A DNA stretch of 64,000 bases from Poseidonia sp. (GCA_965661285.1 CBFIDD010000001.1:404852-468851); one strand, 5' to 3'. Shown: positions 40,429-49,992, counted from the first letter of the stretch. The notes: a model not told the origin generated them from the letters alone. Made by a program: numbers and translations.

Positions 40429-40620
40429 TCACTGAATGCCGCCCTTGACGTAGTGGCGAGTCCACTTGACCTTGCGGGCATTTCGCTTGAGTAGGAGTTG
40501 GTTCTTGCGAGCCTTGCTGCTCTTGAACCAGAGAACACTACCGTCCTTGCGGACAAACATCATACCGGTGCCGGGTTCGATTTCCTCGCCCGTAAAGTTG
40601 CAAATTCGTCGTTCTGGCAT
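40429..40620 (-). CDS. rpl24e: 50S ribosomal protein L24e
   Basis: CNFTGEEIEPGTGMMFVRKDG...RKVKWT. Confidence 0.95.
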   Translation of the reverse strand: MPERRICNFTGEEIEPGTGMMFVRKDGSVLWFKSSKARKNQLLLKRNARKVKWTRHYVKGGIQ

Positions 40621-40625
40621 TGTTC

Positions 40626-40850
40626 TCACCGTGCGTTCAGCTTGCGGGCTTCACGGCCCGTGTCCTTGAGCATCAAAATGTCGCCAACGCGAATGGGTCC
40701 GACGACGTTTCGGCTGATGATACGGCCAACGTCTCGGGGGTTGGGAGCGTCGTTGACACGCACCTTGACTTGTGTTGCTTCTCCGGTCATTCCGGTTCGG
40801 CCGACGATCTCGACCACTTCTGCTGGCCATCCACCAAGTTCTTCACTCAT
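40626..40850 (-). CDS. rps28e: 30S ribosomal protein S28e
   Basis: [14 protein letters not shown]...[15 protein letters not shown]. Confidence 0.95.
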   Translation of the reverse strand: MSEELGGWPAEVVEIVGRTGMTGEATQVKVRVNDAPNPRDVGRIISRNVVGPIRVGDILMLKDTGREARKLNAR

Positions 40851-40873
40851 CGTTCTCAACTCGTCGTGGGGAT

Positions 40874-41248
40874 TCAGTTGTTCTTGAGGGCTTTGATTTC
40901 CTCAACAACTTCGTGGAATTTCTCTTGGGCGCCTTTGGTGATTTCCATCACGGCCACGGAGGCTGCGGTGGTGTCCTTTGGCATACCGATGCCCTTGGCA
41001 AGGAATTCTTGGCTGGGGACATAGCCGAAGGGGATGTCTTTTTCAGCGCAAATCAAAGGAATGTGAGCGAGCAACTCTGGAGGGTTGACGTCTTCTGCAA
41101 GAATGATGAACTGGGCCGTTCCGCGCTCGGCGGCTTTGGTCACTTCGTTGCTACCTTTCTTGACACGACCGTTCTTGTTGAGGTCGATCATTTCATAGAT
41201 TTTGTTGGCTAGGTCTTCTGGGGTTTCAAATTGCACATGTACACTCAT
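40874..41248 (-). CDS. rpl7ae: 50S ribosomal protein L7Ae
   Basis: [31 protein letters not shown]; start at MSVHVQF. Confidence 0.95.
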   Translation of the reverse strand: MSVHVQFETPEDLANKIYEMIDLNKNGRVKKGSNEVTKAAERGTAQFIILAEDVNPPELLAHIPLICAEKDIPFGYVPSQEFLAKGIGMPKDTTAASVAVMEITKGAQEKFHEVVEEIKALKNN

Positions 41249-41269
41249 TGGAATCTCTCCTTCCTCGTG
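41242..41269 (-). promoter_or_regulatory. Putative kink-turn overlapping the rpl7ae SD and start codon
   Basis: mRNA CAC-GAG-GA-A...U-GA-GUG: C-stem CAC/GUG, 3-nt bulge, tandem G.A pairs; TTTATA box at 41301-41306. Confidence 0.6.
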
Positions 41270-41375
41270 ATGGGGGCATGCTTCCGCACGACCCCGCGGA
41301 TATAAACGCAACGGAGGCGACACGGGAGGGTAATTTTCCACCCTTGTCGAGAATCAAGGCGCAGTGTCGTGGTTT

Positions 41376-42323
41376 TCAGGATGAGTGCCCCAATTGGCTC
41401 AAGACTTCACCAACGCCTCTGGCCAGCGCCGGACCCCCTGAAATCACGTCCCGTGCGTTGGGCAGCGACCCCGTGGCGTGGACGCCGTCGACGTAGCGAA
41501 GCAGACGGGCGATGGCCCCACCCGTGAACAGTCCGTGGCTGCAGGCGGCGTGGACTTCAACCGCCCCCTGACTTCGGAGGGCTTCGGCTGCACGACAGAT
41601 GGTCCCGCCGGTGGCGATCATGTCGTCAACGATGGCGACCGACTTCCCGGCCACATCCAAATCTTTGGCTTTGTGAACGATGGTATGGGCGTCGATTCGT
41701 GTTTTTTCAAGGTACGAGAATTCGCACCCAATTTGTTGAGCGACGCTCGAGGCTCGGTCAATGGCACCTTTGTCGGGAGACAGGATGAAATCAGGATCGA
41801 CCGATTCTTTGAGATGATGCGCCAGTTCGGGCATGGCGGTTGTGAAGGCCACCGGTATCGACATGTCGCTCAGGACGGCCGGTGCATGCAGGTCGAGCAG
41901 AACCATGCCGTCGCACCGGGTAGCAAGCATCTCGGCAATGGCACGCGCCGAAATCGATTCGCCCGGCTTGAATCGCTTGTCTTGCCGAGAGTACCCAAAA
42001 TAGGGAATCGCCAAAATGACACCTTTTCCTACGTCAGGGAGGGTCTGAGGGCCTATTTCTCGCAAATTTTGCAAACGGCCAGCGCGAACGTCTTGAATGG
42101 CATCCAACATCAGCAAGGTTTCCACGATCCCAGAGTCAGGGAAGGTGTTTGACACGAGGACAACGGGTTCGACTCGAAGAGCTTCCAGCGTTTCGGTGGG
42201 GATTCGAATGTACCCTTCCGTATCGGGGAACCGACGGGTCTCAAGGGAGTGGTGGTCCCACCCCATGGTTTCAGCGAGTTGTTTCGCCATGGTCGATGCG
42301 TTGCTACCAGATACGACGACCAT
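41376..42323 (-). CDS. prs: Ribose-phosphate pyrophosphokinase
   Basis: RRFPDTE, PYFGYSRQDK, DLH, SPDKGA, IVDDMIATGGT, HGLF. Confidence 0.95.
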   Translation of the reverse strand: MVVVSGSNASTMAKQLAETMGWDHHSLETRRFPDTEGYIRIPTETLEALRVEPVVLVSNTFPDSGIVETLLMLDAIQDVRAGRLQNLREIGPQTLPDVGKGVILAIPYFGYSRQDKRFKPGESISARAIAEMLATRCDGMVLLDLHAPAVLSDMSIPVAFTTAMPELAHHLKESVDPDFILSPDKGAIDRASSVAQQIGCEFSYLEKTRIDAHTIVHKAKDLDVAGKSVAIVDDMIATGGTICRAAEALRSQGAVEVHAACSHGLFTGGAIARLLRYVDGVHATGSLPNARDVISGGPALARGVGEVLSQLGHSS

Positions 42324-42391
42324 GCCATCCCCTTGGTCAAAGCCAACGGCTGGCCCTTCATCTTCTTTGCGAGACGCTTGAACCGTGAGAA

Positions 42392-42468
42392 TGGTGCGCG
42401 AGGCAGGACTTGAACCTGCGACCTCCCGGTTATCAGCCGGGTGCTCTAACCGACTAAGCCACCCGCGC
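42392..42468 (-). tRNA. tRNA-Ile(GAU), intronless, CCA encoded
   Basis: Cloverleaf: acceptor GCGCGGG/CTCGCGC, anticodon arm CCCGG-CTGATAA-CCGGG, T-arm GCAGG-TTCAAGT-CCTGC, 3' ACCA. Confidence 0.97.
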
Positions 42469-42543
42469 AAGGGTAAACTCGCCGACTTGACCCCCCGTCA
42501 TAAGCATGACGGCTCGCACTGGAGTGCTTCTCGACGAAAGGAA

Positions 42544-43128
42544 TCACTCTTCTTCCATGTTGTTGATCGTGATGTACGAAGGCAACTGCATGACTTTCTC
42601 GAAGGTTCGGGAGAGGACGACTTCGTCCAATCGCTCTCGGGTTCGTGCCAGGGCCGTAATCGGAATGCGAATCGTAGGCTCAACGCCGAATTCCATTTGC
42701 ATGCGCATGCGGGTGGTGACGATGACGCCCTTGTACGTGCGCTTTACGCGAAACAGGCCCGTGATAACGCCGATTTCCTCACCCTGGTTGTCGAGGACGG
42801 CTCGGTCAAGCATCTCGTCGGGTGCATACAACTTCTCATCGATGCGCACGGTGTTGCGCCAGCGGCGCTGCAACTCGCGCATGGATTTCGACAGCTTGAC
42901 GGTCCCGTCGCCTCGGATGCTGTGAACCAGTTCCTTCGGTAGCGGGGCCAATTCGGCCGGCTTTCGCATGTATTCGTCAGCAACGTCGGGTGCCACTTGA
43001 ATCCGCATGGATTGCACACGGGCCTCGTTTGGGTGGTGTCGCTCACCCACGATCGTTCCTACTTTCTTATCGTTGACATAGACATCGCGTTGGATCAATT
43101 CCTGGATGCCGTAATCTGTGTTTTTCAT
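42544..43128 (-). CDS. Tandem PRC-barrel domain protein
   Basis: Two units: ELIQRDVYVNDKKVGTI and EMLDRAVLDNQGEEIGVI...IRIP. Confidence 0.75.
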   Translation of the reverse strand: MKNTDYGIQELIQRDVYVNDKKVGTIVGERHHPNEARVQSMRIQVAPDVADEYMRKPAELAPLPKELVHSIRGDGTVKLSKSMRELQRRWRNTVRIDEKLYAPDEMLDRAVLDNQGEEIGVITGLFRVKRTYKGVIVTTRMRMQMEFGVEPTIRIPITALARTRERLDEVVLSRTFEKVMQLPSYITINNMEEE

Positions 43129-43189
43129 TTCCCATCTCTCCTGCCGATTTTGTTCGGCTTACCCTTCTGTCGACATCGGCACCTAATAT

Positions 43190-43465
43190 ATTCTTCGTAG
43201 AATAAAATATCATTTCCAATTACATTTGACGCATAATCTACCCTTCAACCAATTGAAATATAGAAAAAAATTTGATTTTTGATGTCGCATAACGCGTCAA
43301 ACTGCAGTTGAATTCTTTCTTCTATCGAGTAGGCAAAGAAACTGATTTCCAATTGGAAACACAAGAATAGAGAAAATTTCTTCCGCCGATACATTTCGGG
43401 GCGTCAACAGATCTGAAAGTTTGCATTTTTCAATTGAGGATTCGCATATTTTCGCGATTTTTGCT
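43190..43465. other. AT-rich intergenic region, origin/centromere-like
   Basis: Strongly AT-rich relative to the window; perfect palindrome TTTCCAATTGGAAA at 43346-43359 and CAATTG variants at 43250 and 43431. Confidence 0.5.
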
Positions 43466-43537
43466 GCTCCTCGCCCGTTGAGAAGTGTGAGCACCAAGCC
43501 GAGAAGTCTTGATGAGGTAGGCCCCCTGCGTTAACCC

Positions 43538-44338
43538 ATGACCGTCGTGATGCTGCTCGCTGACCCCCAGCACCCGCTGGTGTCGGCCGTCGTGGAACGG
43601 GGTATGATGGAGGGCCTCACGTTCACCACGACCCCAGTGCTGGAAGACGCCCTCAAACACGAGCACAAGGCGATTTTGCAAGCCTTTCCGGACAGCTTTC
43701 AGCCTCAACGAGAAACCACGGTGGCTGATTGGTCCATCGAAATCGCAGGAGCGCAAAGGCCGCCCGCAAACTGCCCGATTCACCGACGCATGACCGTTCA
43801 ATTCGGCCACGAGAACCCCACAACATCCAGTGAGCACCTGGTTGTTTTCGTTCACGATATGCTGCCGCCAGCACCCGTTTCCGAAGAGGCCGGCTTCTTC
43901 GCCGTGTGGCTCACGCACGTCGAGGAGAACACCAAACCCGACCTCAGGGGGGATCAACGATACTGGTGTGACCGGTTTGATGTGGCGTACGGCGTGGTTG
44001 AGCTCCTCAAAGGCAAGCCCGAGGAACCATCGCTTCACTTGGCGGGCCGACGAGCGTGGTCACTTGAGGAGACCTGGATGGAATTCACAGACCTCGCACG
44101 GCGTGCTCGAGCCGGACAAACGGGCCATTTCGAGGTGGACCACCTCGTTGCAAAAGGCGTCCAGTCCGTCAAAGCCGTCAGCGTGGAAGCGGCGGCGAAT
44201 CGCTACGAACGACCGGACTTGGGCGCCATTCACCGTTTTCTCAAGAACGTGGACGGCGAAGGTTGGCGCCCAAAAATACCGCTACGCCAAAGTTTGATGT
44301 TCGTCCTTGCTGACCTCAACGAGCGTCAAGACGCGTGA
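43538..44338 (+). CDS. Hypothetical protein, degenerate extended-SDR/epimerase-like
   Basis: C-terminal 'RYWCDRFDVAYG...GWRPKIPLRQSL' resembles NAD-dependent epimerases; no GxxGxxG. Confidence 0.65.
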   Translation: MTVVMLLADPQHPLVSAVVERGMMEGLTFTTTPVLEDALKHEHKAILQAFPDSFQPQRETTVADWSIEIAGAQRPPANCPIHRRMTVQFGHENPTTSSEHLVVFVHDMLPPAPVSEEAGFFAVWLTHVEENTKPDLRGDQRYWCDRFDVAYGVVELLKGKPEEPSLHLAGRRAWSLEETWMEFTDLARRARAGQTGHFEVDHLVAKGVQSVKAVSVEAAANRYERPDLGAIHRFLKNVDGEGWRPKIPLRQSLMFVLADLNERQDA

Positions 44339-45342
44339 GGCTCACTGAAGAGGTCAGCACCCAGGAGCGGAAGCAGGAGACTCGCATCACCTTCAACACA
44401 GACGTGCGGGGCCTCCGGCCTCATCTTACCCCACGAGATGGCTTCACGGAGCCGTGCACCCGAGAGGCTGCCATCGTGCTCGGGTGCCGTGGTGATGTAA
44501 ACGGCACTGTCAAGCCCGCCGCGGTATTGATTCCACCATATGACGTGATGTTTGGAGATGCCTCCTCCAACCATCAAGGCGTTCGAGGTTTCAACGTCCC
44601 AGGTCAAGTCGCTCATGATTTGCTCGTCAGCCAGGGTGTCAAGGTGGAAATCTCGGTGTTTTTGCCTGAACATGAACAACTGCGCACCGATTGAACCGTC
44701 GGTGATGCCCGGGATACACACGGGAATACGGTGTTTTGCAGCCCAATAAATCAGCGTATCCGGCGTTCCAATACGCTCGCCGAGCTCCCATACAAGATGG
44801 ATGGAGCCAAAGCCTAACCAAGCATCGGCGCCCGTCTTTCCCGTTTGTTCAAGTCGGTCGTTGTAAATCTCTTCGAGGACGGGCAGGACCACGGCTTCAA
44901 TGATTTCACCGTAGGATGCGTTGGGTACGATCACGTTGCCAAGTCGCATCAATTCGTGTTGACCCAACTCGATATCATCCAGTTCAAACGAGCCGTGGTA
45001 GTAGTGCTTGTAGGCGCGTGCAATGTCGTGGTCAAGCGTTCCGCAGGTGGTTGAAACCACGTTGAACATCTTTCGCTTGATGGCTTCAACGAAGAAACCA
45101 CGGGTCCCCGTGGCACACAAACAGGCGGGGAACGAAAGCCAGTTGGTCACCTTTGTTGCATCACCGTCCACGGCCGCTGCTTCACTGCGCATCTGCTCAA
45201 GGATGCTGCGGGCCTGCGCGAACTTCGTTGCAGTAAAGCCTCCAGCCAACGCCATTTGATCAATCAGCGCACGAGGAGAGCTGGCCTTTGAGAAATCATA
45301 GTCGACGACGGGGACATCAAAGGCATCAGGGTCAACAGCCAT
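44326..45342 (-). CDS. dys: Deoxyhypusine synthase
   Basis: GGISKHH, DGSLSGARLREAISWGK, RLGNV, DGSIG. Confidence 0.95.
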   Translation of the reverse strand: MAVDPDAFDVPVVDYDFSKASSPRALIDQMALAGGFTATKFAQARSILEQMRSEAAAVDGDATKVTNWLSFPACLCATGTRGFFVEAIKRKMFNVVSTTCGTLDHDIARAYKHYYHGSFELDDIELGQHELMRLGNVIVPNASYGEIIEAVVLPVLEEIYNDRLEQTGKTGADAWLGFGSIHLVWELGERIGTPDTLIYWAAKHRIPVCIPGITDGSIGAQLFMFRQKHRDFHLDTLADEQIMSDLTWDVETSNALMVGGGISKHHVIWWNQYRGGLDSAVYITTAPEHDGSLSGARLREAISWGKMRPEAPHVCVEGDASLLLPLLGADLFSEPHAS

Positions 45343-45393
45343 GGTACAACCTCGCGGCTTTGCTTCATGAAGGTGGCCCTCAGAGGGGTTGGA

Positions 45394-47823
45394 CTAATCG
45401 TTCCAGCGTTCCAATTCATGAAGCCGGTCTCGAAGTCGTGCGGCTTCTTCAAAATCAAGGTCCTTGGCCGCTTCGTTCATCGCTTGTCGCAACGATTCCA
45501 TGAGGGCTGCTCGCTCGTCTGGCGAGAGATCGGCAGCGAGGTCATCTGGTTCATCATATGTCAATTGAGAATTTGAATTTTCAATTGCTTTTTCACTCTT
45601 CTCGGTCGCACCCCACGAACCCGCCCCGAGTCGCAAGCGCTGCGCCCAGTCGCCGTCTCGACGTCCACCTTTTTTGGCGATGAGGCGGCGTTTCCCATCA
45701 CTTCCCGTGGTCGTGCCGGCGATGGTTTCGTCCTCGGTCTGCCCCATGACGGGAAGGGCCTTGACGATGGTTTTGGGGGTGATGCCCAACGCTTCGTTGT
45801 TGGCTTGTTGGCGTTGTCGACGTTCGAGCGTTTGCCGAATGGCCGCCTCCATGGCAGGCGAAAACCCGTCAGCATACAGGAGCACCTTGCCGTTTTGATT
45901 TCGAGCGGCTCGACCGATGGTTTGCAAGAGACTTCGCTCGTTTCGAAGGAAACCCTGGCGGTCAGCATCGAAGATGGCCACCAAACTCACTTCTGGAATG
46001 TCAAGACCCTCTCGCAGCAGATTGATGCCGACAATCACGTCGATGTGCCCGTGGCGCAGGGCGTTGATGATCTCGGTGCGCTCGATGGTGTCAATTTCCG
46101 AATGCAAGTGGTGCGCCTTGACCCCCATTCGATTGAGGTAGGCCGCAACCTCCTCTGCGAACTTGATGGTCATGACGGTCACCAAACACCGCTCACCTTG
46201 TTCAATTCGGGCGTTGATCTCAGTGAGGAGGTCGTTGATTTGACCGGCCGTTGGACGAACCTCGATCTCCGGGTCGAGCAGGCCAGTGGGCCTCAGCTCC
46301 ATCTTCGCAATGCCCTGTATGCTCTGAAGCATGTCGTACATGGATTCGGCTTCGGGGTGCTTTTTGGAGATATCCGGCTCTCCCGCCCCGCCGCCGCTGG
46401 GCGAGTGCAGAAGGCCGTTGGGGACGGTTTGTCCGGTGATTTCGCAAAGGTGCCGAAGTTCACGTTCACCCGGCGTGGCGGAAACATAGACCATTTGGGG
46501 GACCAAACGCTGGAATTCAGGGAGTTTAAGCGGGCGGTTGTCCGCTGCGGTTGGCAAACGGAAGCCGTGCGTGATGAGGCTCTCTTTGCGAGAACGGTCG
46601 CCGTGGTACATGCCCCCAACCTGCGGGAGGCTCACGTGGGATTCGTCCATGATGACGAGGTACTTCTGTGGATCGCCGTGGAATTGATTGGCGCACGCCG
46701 CGAAGAAATCAAGCAGGCAGTACGGCCGTTGACCCGGTTCACGGCCATCAAAGTGCAAGGAATAGTTCTCCACAGACTGGCAGTGGCCGATTTCACGCAG
46801 CATTTCGAGGTCGTATTCGGTTTTCTGCTCCAGACGGTAGCGTTCGAGTTCTTTGCCCTGTTGGGCGAACCACTTGCTGCGTTCGTTGAGTTCTTGCTCG
46901 ATGGATTCCAAGGCCGCCTCAAACCGTTCGGGGCTGGTCATGAAGAATTCCTTCGGGTGAATCCATGCCTCCTCAAGGTTGTCCAACGCCTCCCAAGACA
47001 CCGGGTCACAAATTTGGATGCTCTTGATACCGTCAAAGTCGAACACGATGCGAAGCGGGTCGTCGCGGCTTGGCATCCAGATGTCGACCACTTCACCTCG
47101 GACTCGACATTCGCCTCGCTTGAGGTCGGTTGTCGTCCGGCGATATTGAAGTTCAATTAATTCCCTCAGAAGGTCGCGGGTTTCGATGGCTTGTCCTACA
47201 TGGCAGCGCAGATGATACTCCAGGAAGGTCTCGGGCGGATTCAAACCGTAAATGCAGGAGACCGATGAGACGACCACGCAATCCGGTCGGGAAACCAACG
47301 AGGCCACCGCCGCAAAGCGCTCTTGCTCGATGCGTTCGTTAATGCTCAGCTCTTTGTCAATGTACAGGTCCCGCTTGGCGAGGTAGGCCTCTGGCTGATA
47401 GTAGTCATAGTGAGAGACGAAATATTCCACCGCATTGTCGGGAAAGTAACCCACCATTTCCTGATGTAACTGGCGAGCAAGGGTCTTGTTGTGGCTCATG
47501 ATGAGGGTCGGGATGTTGAGTTGCTCGATGATGTGCGCCATGGCAAACGTCTTGCCGCTGCCGGTTACACCCAGCAGCACACAACGTTCTTGACCATTTT
47601 CCAATTGGGAAATCAATTTTTCTATTGCTTTTGGTTGGTCTCCGGCCGGGTCAAACTCGGCGTGGAGACGGAACCGCTTCACGTCGGGCCTCAATTCCTC
47701 GAGCGCAGCCCCGTCGAGGGCTTTGGAGAGGTCAAACGGATTTCGCTCAGAAAGGTCGACCTCCAACAGCGGTTGGTCAGCCAGCGCCTCAAAAGAGCCG
47801 TCGTCGTCCCAGTCATTCACCAT
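45394..47823 (-). CDS. uvrB: Excinuclease ABC subunit B
   Basis: GVTGSGKT, FVSHYDYYQPEAY, DESH, RPTGLLDP, GINLLREGLDIPEV, C-terminal UVR motif. Confidence 0.97.
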   Translation of the reverse strand: MVNDWDDDGSFEALADQPLLEVDLSERNPFDLSKALDGAALEELRPDVKRFRLHAEFDPAGDQPKAIEKLISQLENGQERCVLLGVTGSGKTFAMAHIIEQLNIPTLIMSHNKTLARQLHQEMVGYFPDNAVEYFVSHYDYYQPEAYLAKRDLYIDKELSINERIEQERFAAVASLVSRPDCVVVSSVSCIYGLNPPETFLEYHLRCHVGQAIETRDLLRELIELQYRRTTTDLKRGECRVRGEVVDIWMPSRDDPLRIVFDFDGIKSIQICDPVSWEALDNLEEAWIHPKEFFMTSPERFEAALESIEQELNERSKWFAQQGKELERYRLEQKTEYDLEMLREIGHCQSVENYSLHFDGREPGQRPYCLLDFFAACANQFHGDPQKYLVIMDESHVSLPQVGGMYHGDRSRKESLITHGFRLPTAADNRPLKLPEFQRLVPQMVYVSATPGERELRHLCEITGQTVPNGLLHSPSGGGAGEPDISKKHPEAESMYDMLQSIQGIAKMELRPTGLLDPEIEVRPTAGQINDLLTEINARIEQGERCLVTVMTIKFAEEVAAYLNRMGVKAHHLHSEIDTIERTEIINALRHGHIDVIVGINLLREGLDIPEVSLVAIFDADRQGFLRNERSLLQTIGRAARNQNGKVLLYADGFSPAMEAAIRQTLERRQRQQANNEALGITPKTIVKALPVMGQTEDETIAGTTTGSDGKRRLIAKKGGRRDGDWAQRLRLGAGSWGATEKSEKAIENSNSQLTYDEPDDLAADLSPDERAALMESLRQAMNEAAKDLDFEEAARLRDRLHELERWND

Positions 47824-47844
47824 GGAATCACCCGCATGCTCGCA

Positions 47845-48576
47845 TCAGGGGAGATAAAGTCCGCCGTTGACATGAAGAATGGCGCCTGTGATGTAGGATG
47901 AATCAGGACCGACGAGGAAGGAAACGGTGGCCGCCATGTCCTCGGGTGAACCCACACGCTGAAGGGGCACTTCCTGTTCCCGCTGCTGACGCTTTTCGGG
48001 GCTATCGCCGGCGAGGATGTCGGTGTCCACGTAGCCGGGGGCGAGAATGTTCACACGCTTGCCCTCTGGACCAACGGACTGTGCAAGCGAGCGCGCCCAC
48101 GTCGATAGGGCAGCTTTTGAGGCGGCGTAATCTGCGCCGTGCGGGGAGCCCCGAGTCCCGAGTTGAGAGCCAACCACCACCATCCGTGCGTGTGGCGTCA
48201 AGTAGGGCTGGACGGCTTTCCACACGGCTACGGCACCCTCAAAATTGGTTTTCATGGTCGCCGTCAAATCATCGAGGGTCATGGCGTGGCCCTGCACCCG
48301 GTTGTAGACGCCGTGATTCAACACGAGCACGTCAATGCCTCGATCCATCCACGGGTGTTGACCGAGCAAGCCAACCTCGCCCATGTCAGCACAGTCGACC
48401 TTCACCGCCAACGCATCGTCGCCACGCTCTCGGATTTCATCAACGATCATCTCGGCTGGCTTGGAAGATTGATTGTAGGTGAGCAGGACGTCGTAGCCGT
48501 CAGCGGCCAAGCGGTCGGAGATGGCGGCACCAATTCCTCGACCACCACCGGTGACAAGCGCTACGGGACGGCTCAT
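47845..48576 (-). CDS. Short-chain dehydrogenase/reductase (FabG-like)
   Basis: TGGGRGIG, YAASK, PGYVDT, LHVNGG. Confidence 0.93.
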   Translation of the reverse strand: MSRPVALVTGGGRGIGAAISDRLAADGYDVLLTYNQSSKPAEMIVDEIRERGDDALAVKVDCADMGEVGLLGQHPWMDRGIDVLVLNHGVYNRVQGHAMTLDDLTATMKTNFEGAVAVWKAVQPYLTPHARMVVVGSQLGTRGSPHGADYAASKAALSTWARSLAQSVGPEGKRVNILAPGYVDTDILAGDSPEKRQQREQEVPLQRVGSPEDMAATVSFLVGPDSSYITGAILHVNGGLYLP

Positions 48577-48620
48577 GAGGTGGGGTGGGCTTCATTGTTC
48601 ATGAAACCATGTGAGCGCTT

Positions 48621-49007
48621 TCACACATCGTCGGGAAGGAATTGCGCCAACTGAGGAGGTTGCCAGCCCTCGGGCTTCAGCACCTTGCCGTCTTCGCGAC
48701 GGATGACCTTACCGTCCACCAACTTGGCCATATTGGAGCGGTGAACCTCATTGAAGGCATCGTCGTAAATGTCCTGCATGCCGTGGTTGATGATGGTTCC
48801 AGCGAGGATGTAGCCAATATCGGCCAGCGCATCCAAGACCTCAACCAAATCCCCTGCACGGGCGGCCTCGGCGTACTCTTGCACTTCTTCGGTCAGCAGT
48901 TTGATTCGCAGCTCGATCAGTTCATCTGGCCCGAGACCGGGGGCGTCAAGTTTGGGAATCTCAAAGGCTTGGTTGAATTCAAGCAGCGAGGCGACGATGG
49001 GGTTCAT
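48621..49007 (-). CDS. MazG-like NTP pyrophosphohydrolase
   Basis: EEVQE...DALADIGY...EVHRSNMAK...DGKVLKP. Confidence 0.88.
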   Translation of the reverse strand: MNPIVASLLEFNQAFEIPKLDAPGLGPDELIELRIKLLTEEVQEYAEAARAGDLVEVLDALADIGYILAGTIINHGMQDIYDDAFNEVHRSNMAKLVDGKVIRREDGKVLKPEGWQPPQLAQFLPDDV

Positions 49008-49074
49008 GAACAGCGTTTCTCAAGCCGGCTCAAGAACCTTCACCACCTTGAGTTCGAGGTGATGAGCGGGTGCA

Positions 49075-49992
49075 TCAGTCAAGTGCAGAACCTGCAGATT
49101 CGACCGAGAATCCGAAGACCAAGGCGACCAACAATACCCATCCCGTGAGCATTGACACCCGAAACAGCACCGTTTGGAAGTCGGCGAAGCGATTCATCCG
49201 AAGAACGACGACGATGTTGGCCAGTGCCATGATGGCTGCGGCACCGAGGAACCAAATCCCGTCCATAGGATCCGAGATTGCAAAGCAGGCAAACCAGAGC
49301 AGCGAAAGTTGCACCGTCGTGCGTGTTGTTGCCTTGTCCCCAAATTTCGACGGGAAGGAATGGATGCCCTGCTCGCGGTCGCTCTCAACGTCCATGCGAG
49401 CGTAATTGATGTCAAAGGCGGCAATCCACAAGGCGACGCCAATGGAAATGGGCAGGATGGTCGGCACCCAAAGGAATTCGGTTCGCCCGGATAGCAAGCC
49501 GGTGATGGCCCCCCAGCCGTGAACATCTGCAGCGATGGCGACCCAAGCCCCGGCGGGAGCGAGACCGAGGCAAAGCCCCAGCCAGAAGTGGCACCCCCAA
49601 GTAAAGCGCTTCATGTACGGGTAGATCACGAAGGTCAGCACGGGCAGCCAGGCCATCATCAGAGCGACCCTGTTCAGCAATCCAGCGCTGATGAGTAACA
49701 TCGCCAAGAACACGGCTGCAAGGCCCCAGGCCGCCCCCATGCTCATGCTGCCAGAGGCGAGATGGCGTCCTTGTGTGCGAGGATTGGCGGCGTCGATGTC
49801 GCGGTCAATGATTCGATTGAGGGCCATGGCGAGCCCTCGGGCACCGACAGCGGCAAACAGGATCCAAACAAGGTCCATTCCAGGCTCGATGTTAAACTGG
49901 CGAAGAGCGATCATGTAGCCCATCAGTACGAATGGGAGGGAGAACAGCGTATGCTCGATTTTGATGAAGGACAAGACTTGCTTGACGTCCAT
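49075..49992 (-). CDS. UbiA-family polyprenyltransferase (MqnP-like)
   Basis: IKIEHTLFSLPF, NRIIDRDIDAANPRT, YPYMKR, FDINYARMDVESD. Confidence 0.9.
   Translation of the reverse strand: MDVKQVLSFIKIEHTLFSLPFVLMGYMIALRQFNIEPGMDLVWILFAAVGARGLAMALNRIIDRDIDAANPRTQGRHLASGSMSMGAAWGLAAVFLAMLLISAGLLNRVALMMAWLPVLTFVIYPYMKRFTWGCHFWLGLCLGLAPAGAWVAIAADVHGWGAITGLLSGRTEFLWVPTILPISIGVALWIAAFDINYARMDVESDREQGIHSFPSKFGDKATTRTTVQLSLLWFACFAISDPMDGIWFLGAAAIMALANIVVVLRMNRFADFQTVLFRVSMLTGWVLLVALVFGFSVESAGSALD

Noticed and set aside
14575-41395. Isolated CAATTG hexamers (e.g. 14575, 14985, 16643, 30845, 31397, 41390)
   Set aside because: They lack the AT-rich palindromic flanks and the 20-bp partner core, so they were treated as background.
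42324-42470. N-terminal extension of prs in the ORF track
   Set aside because: It runs through tRNA-Ile; the true start is likely 42323.
42392-43537. tRNA-anchored genomic island suggested by the AT-rich stretch
   Set aside because: No integrase and no duplicated tRNA 3' end; the AT-rich part is on the tRNA 5' side and flanking genes look native.
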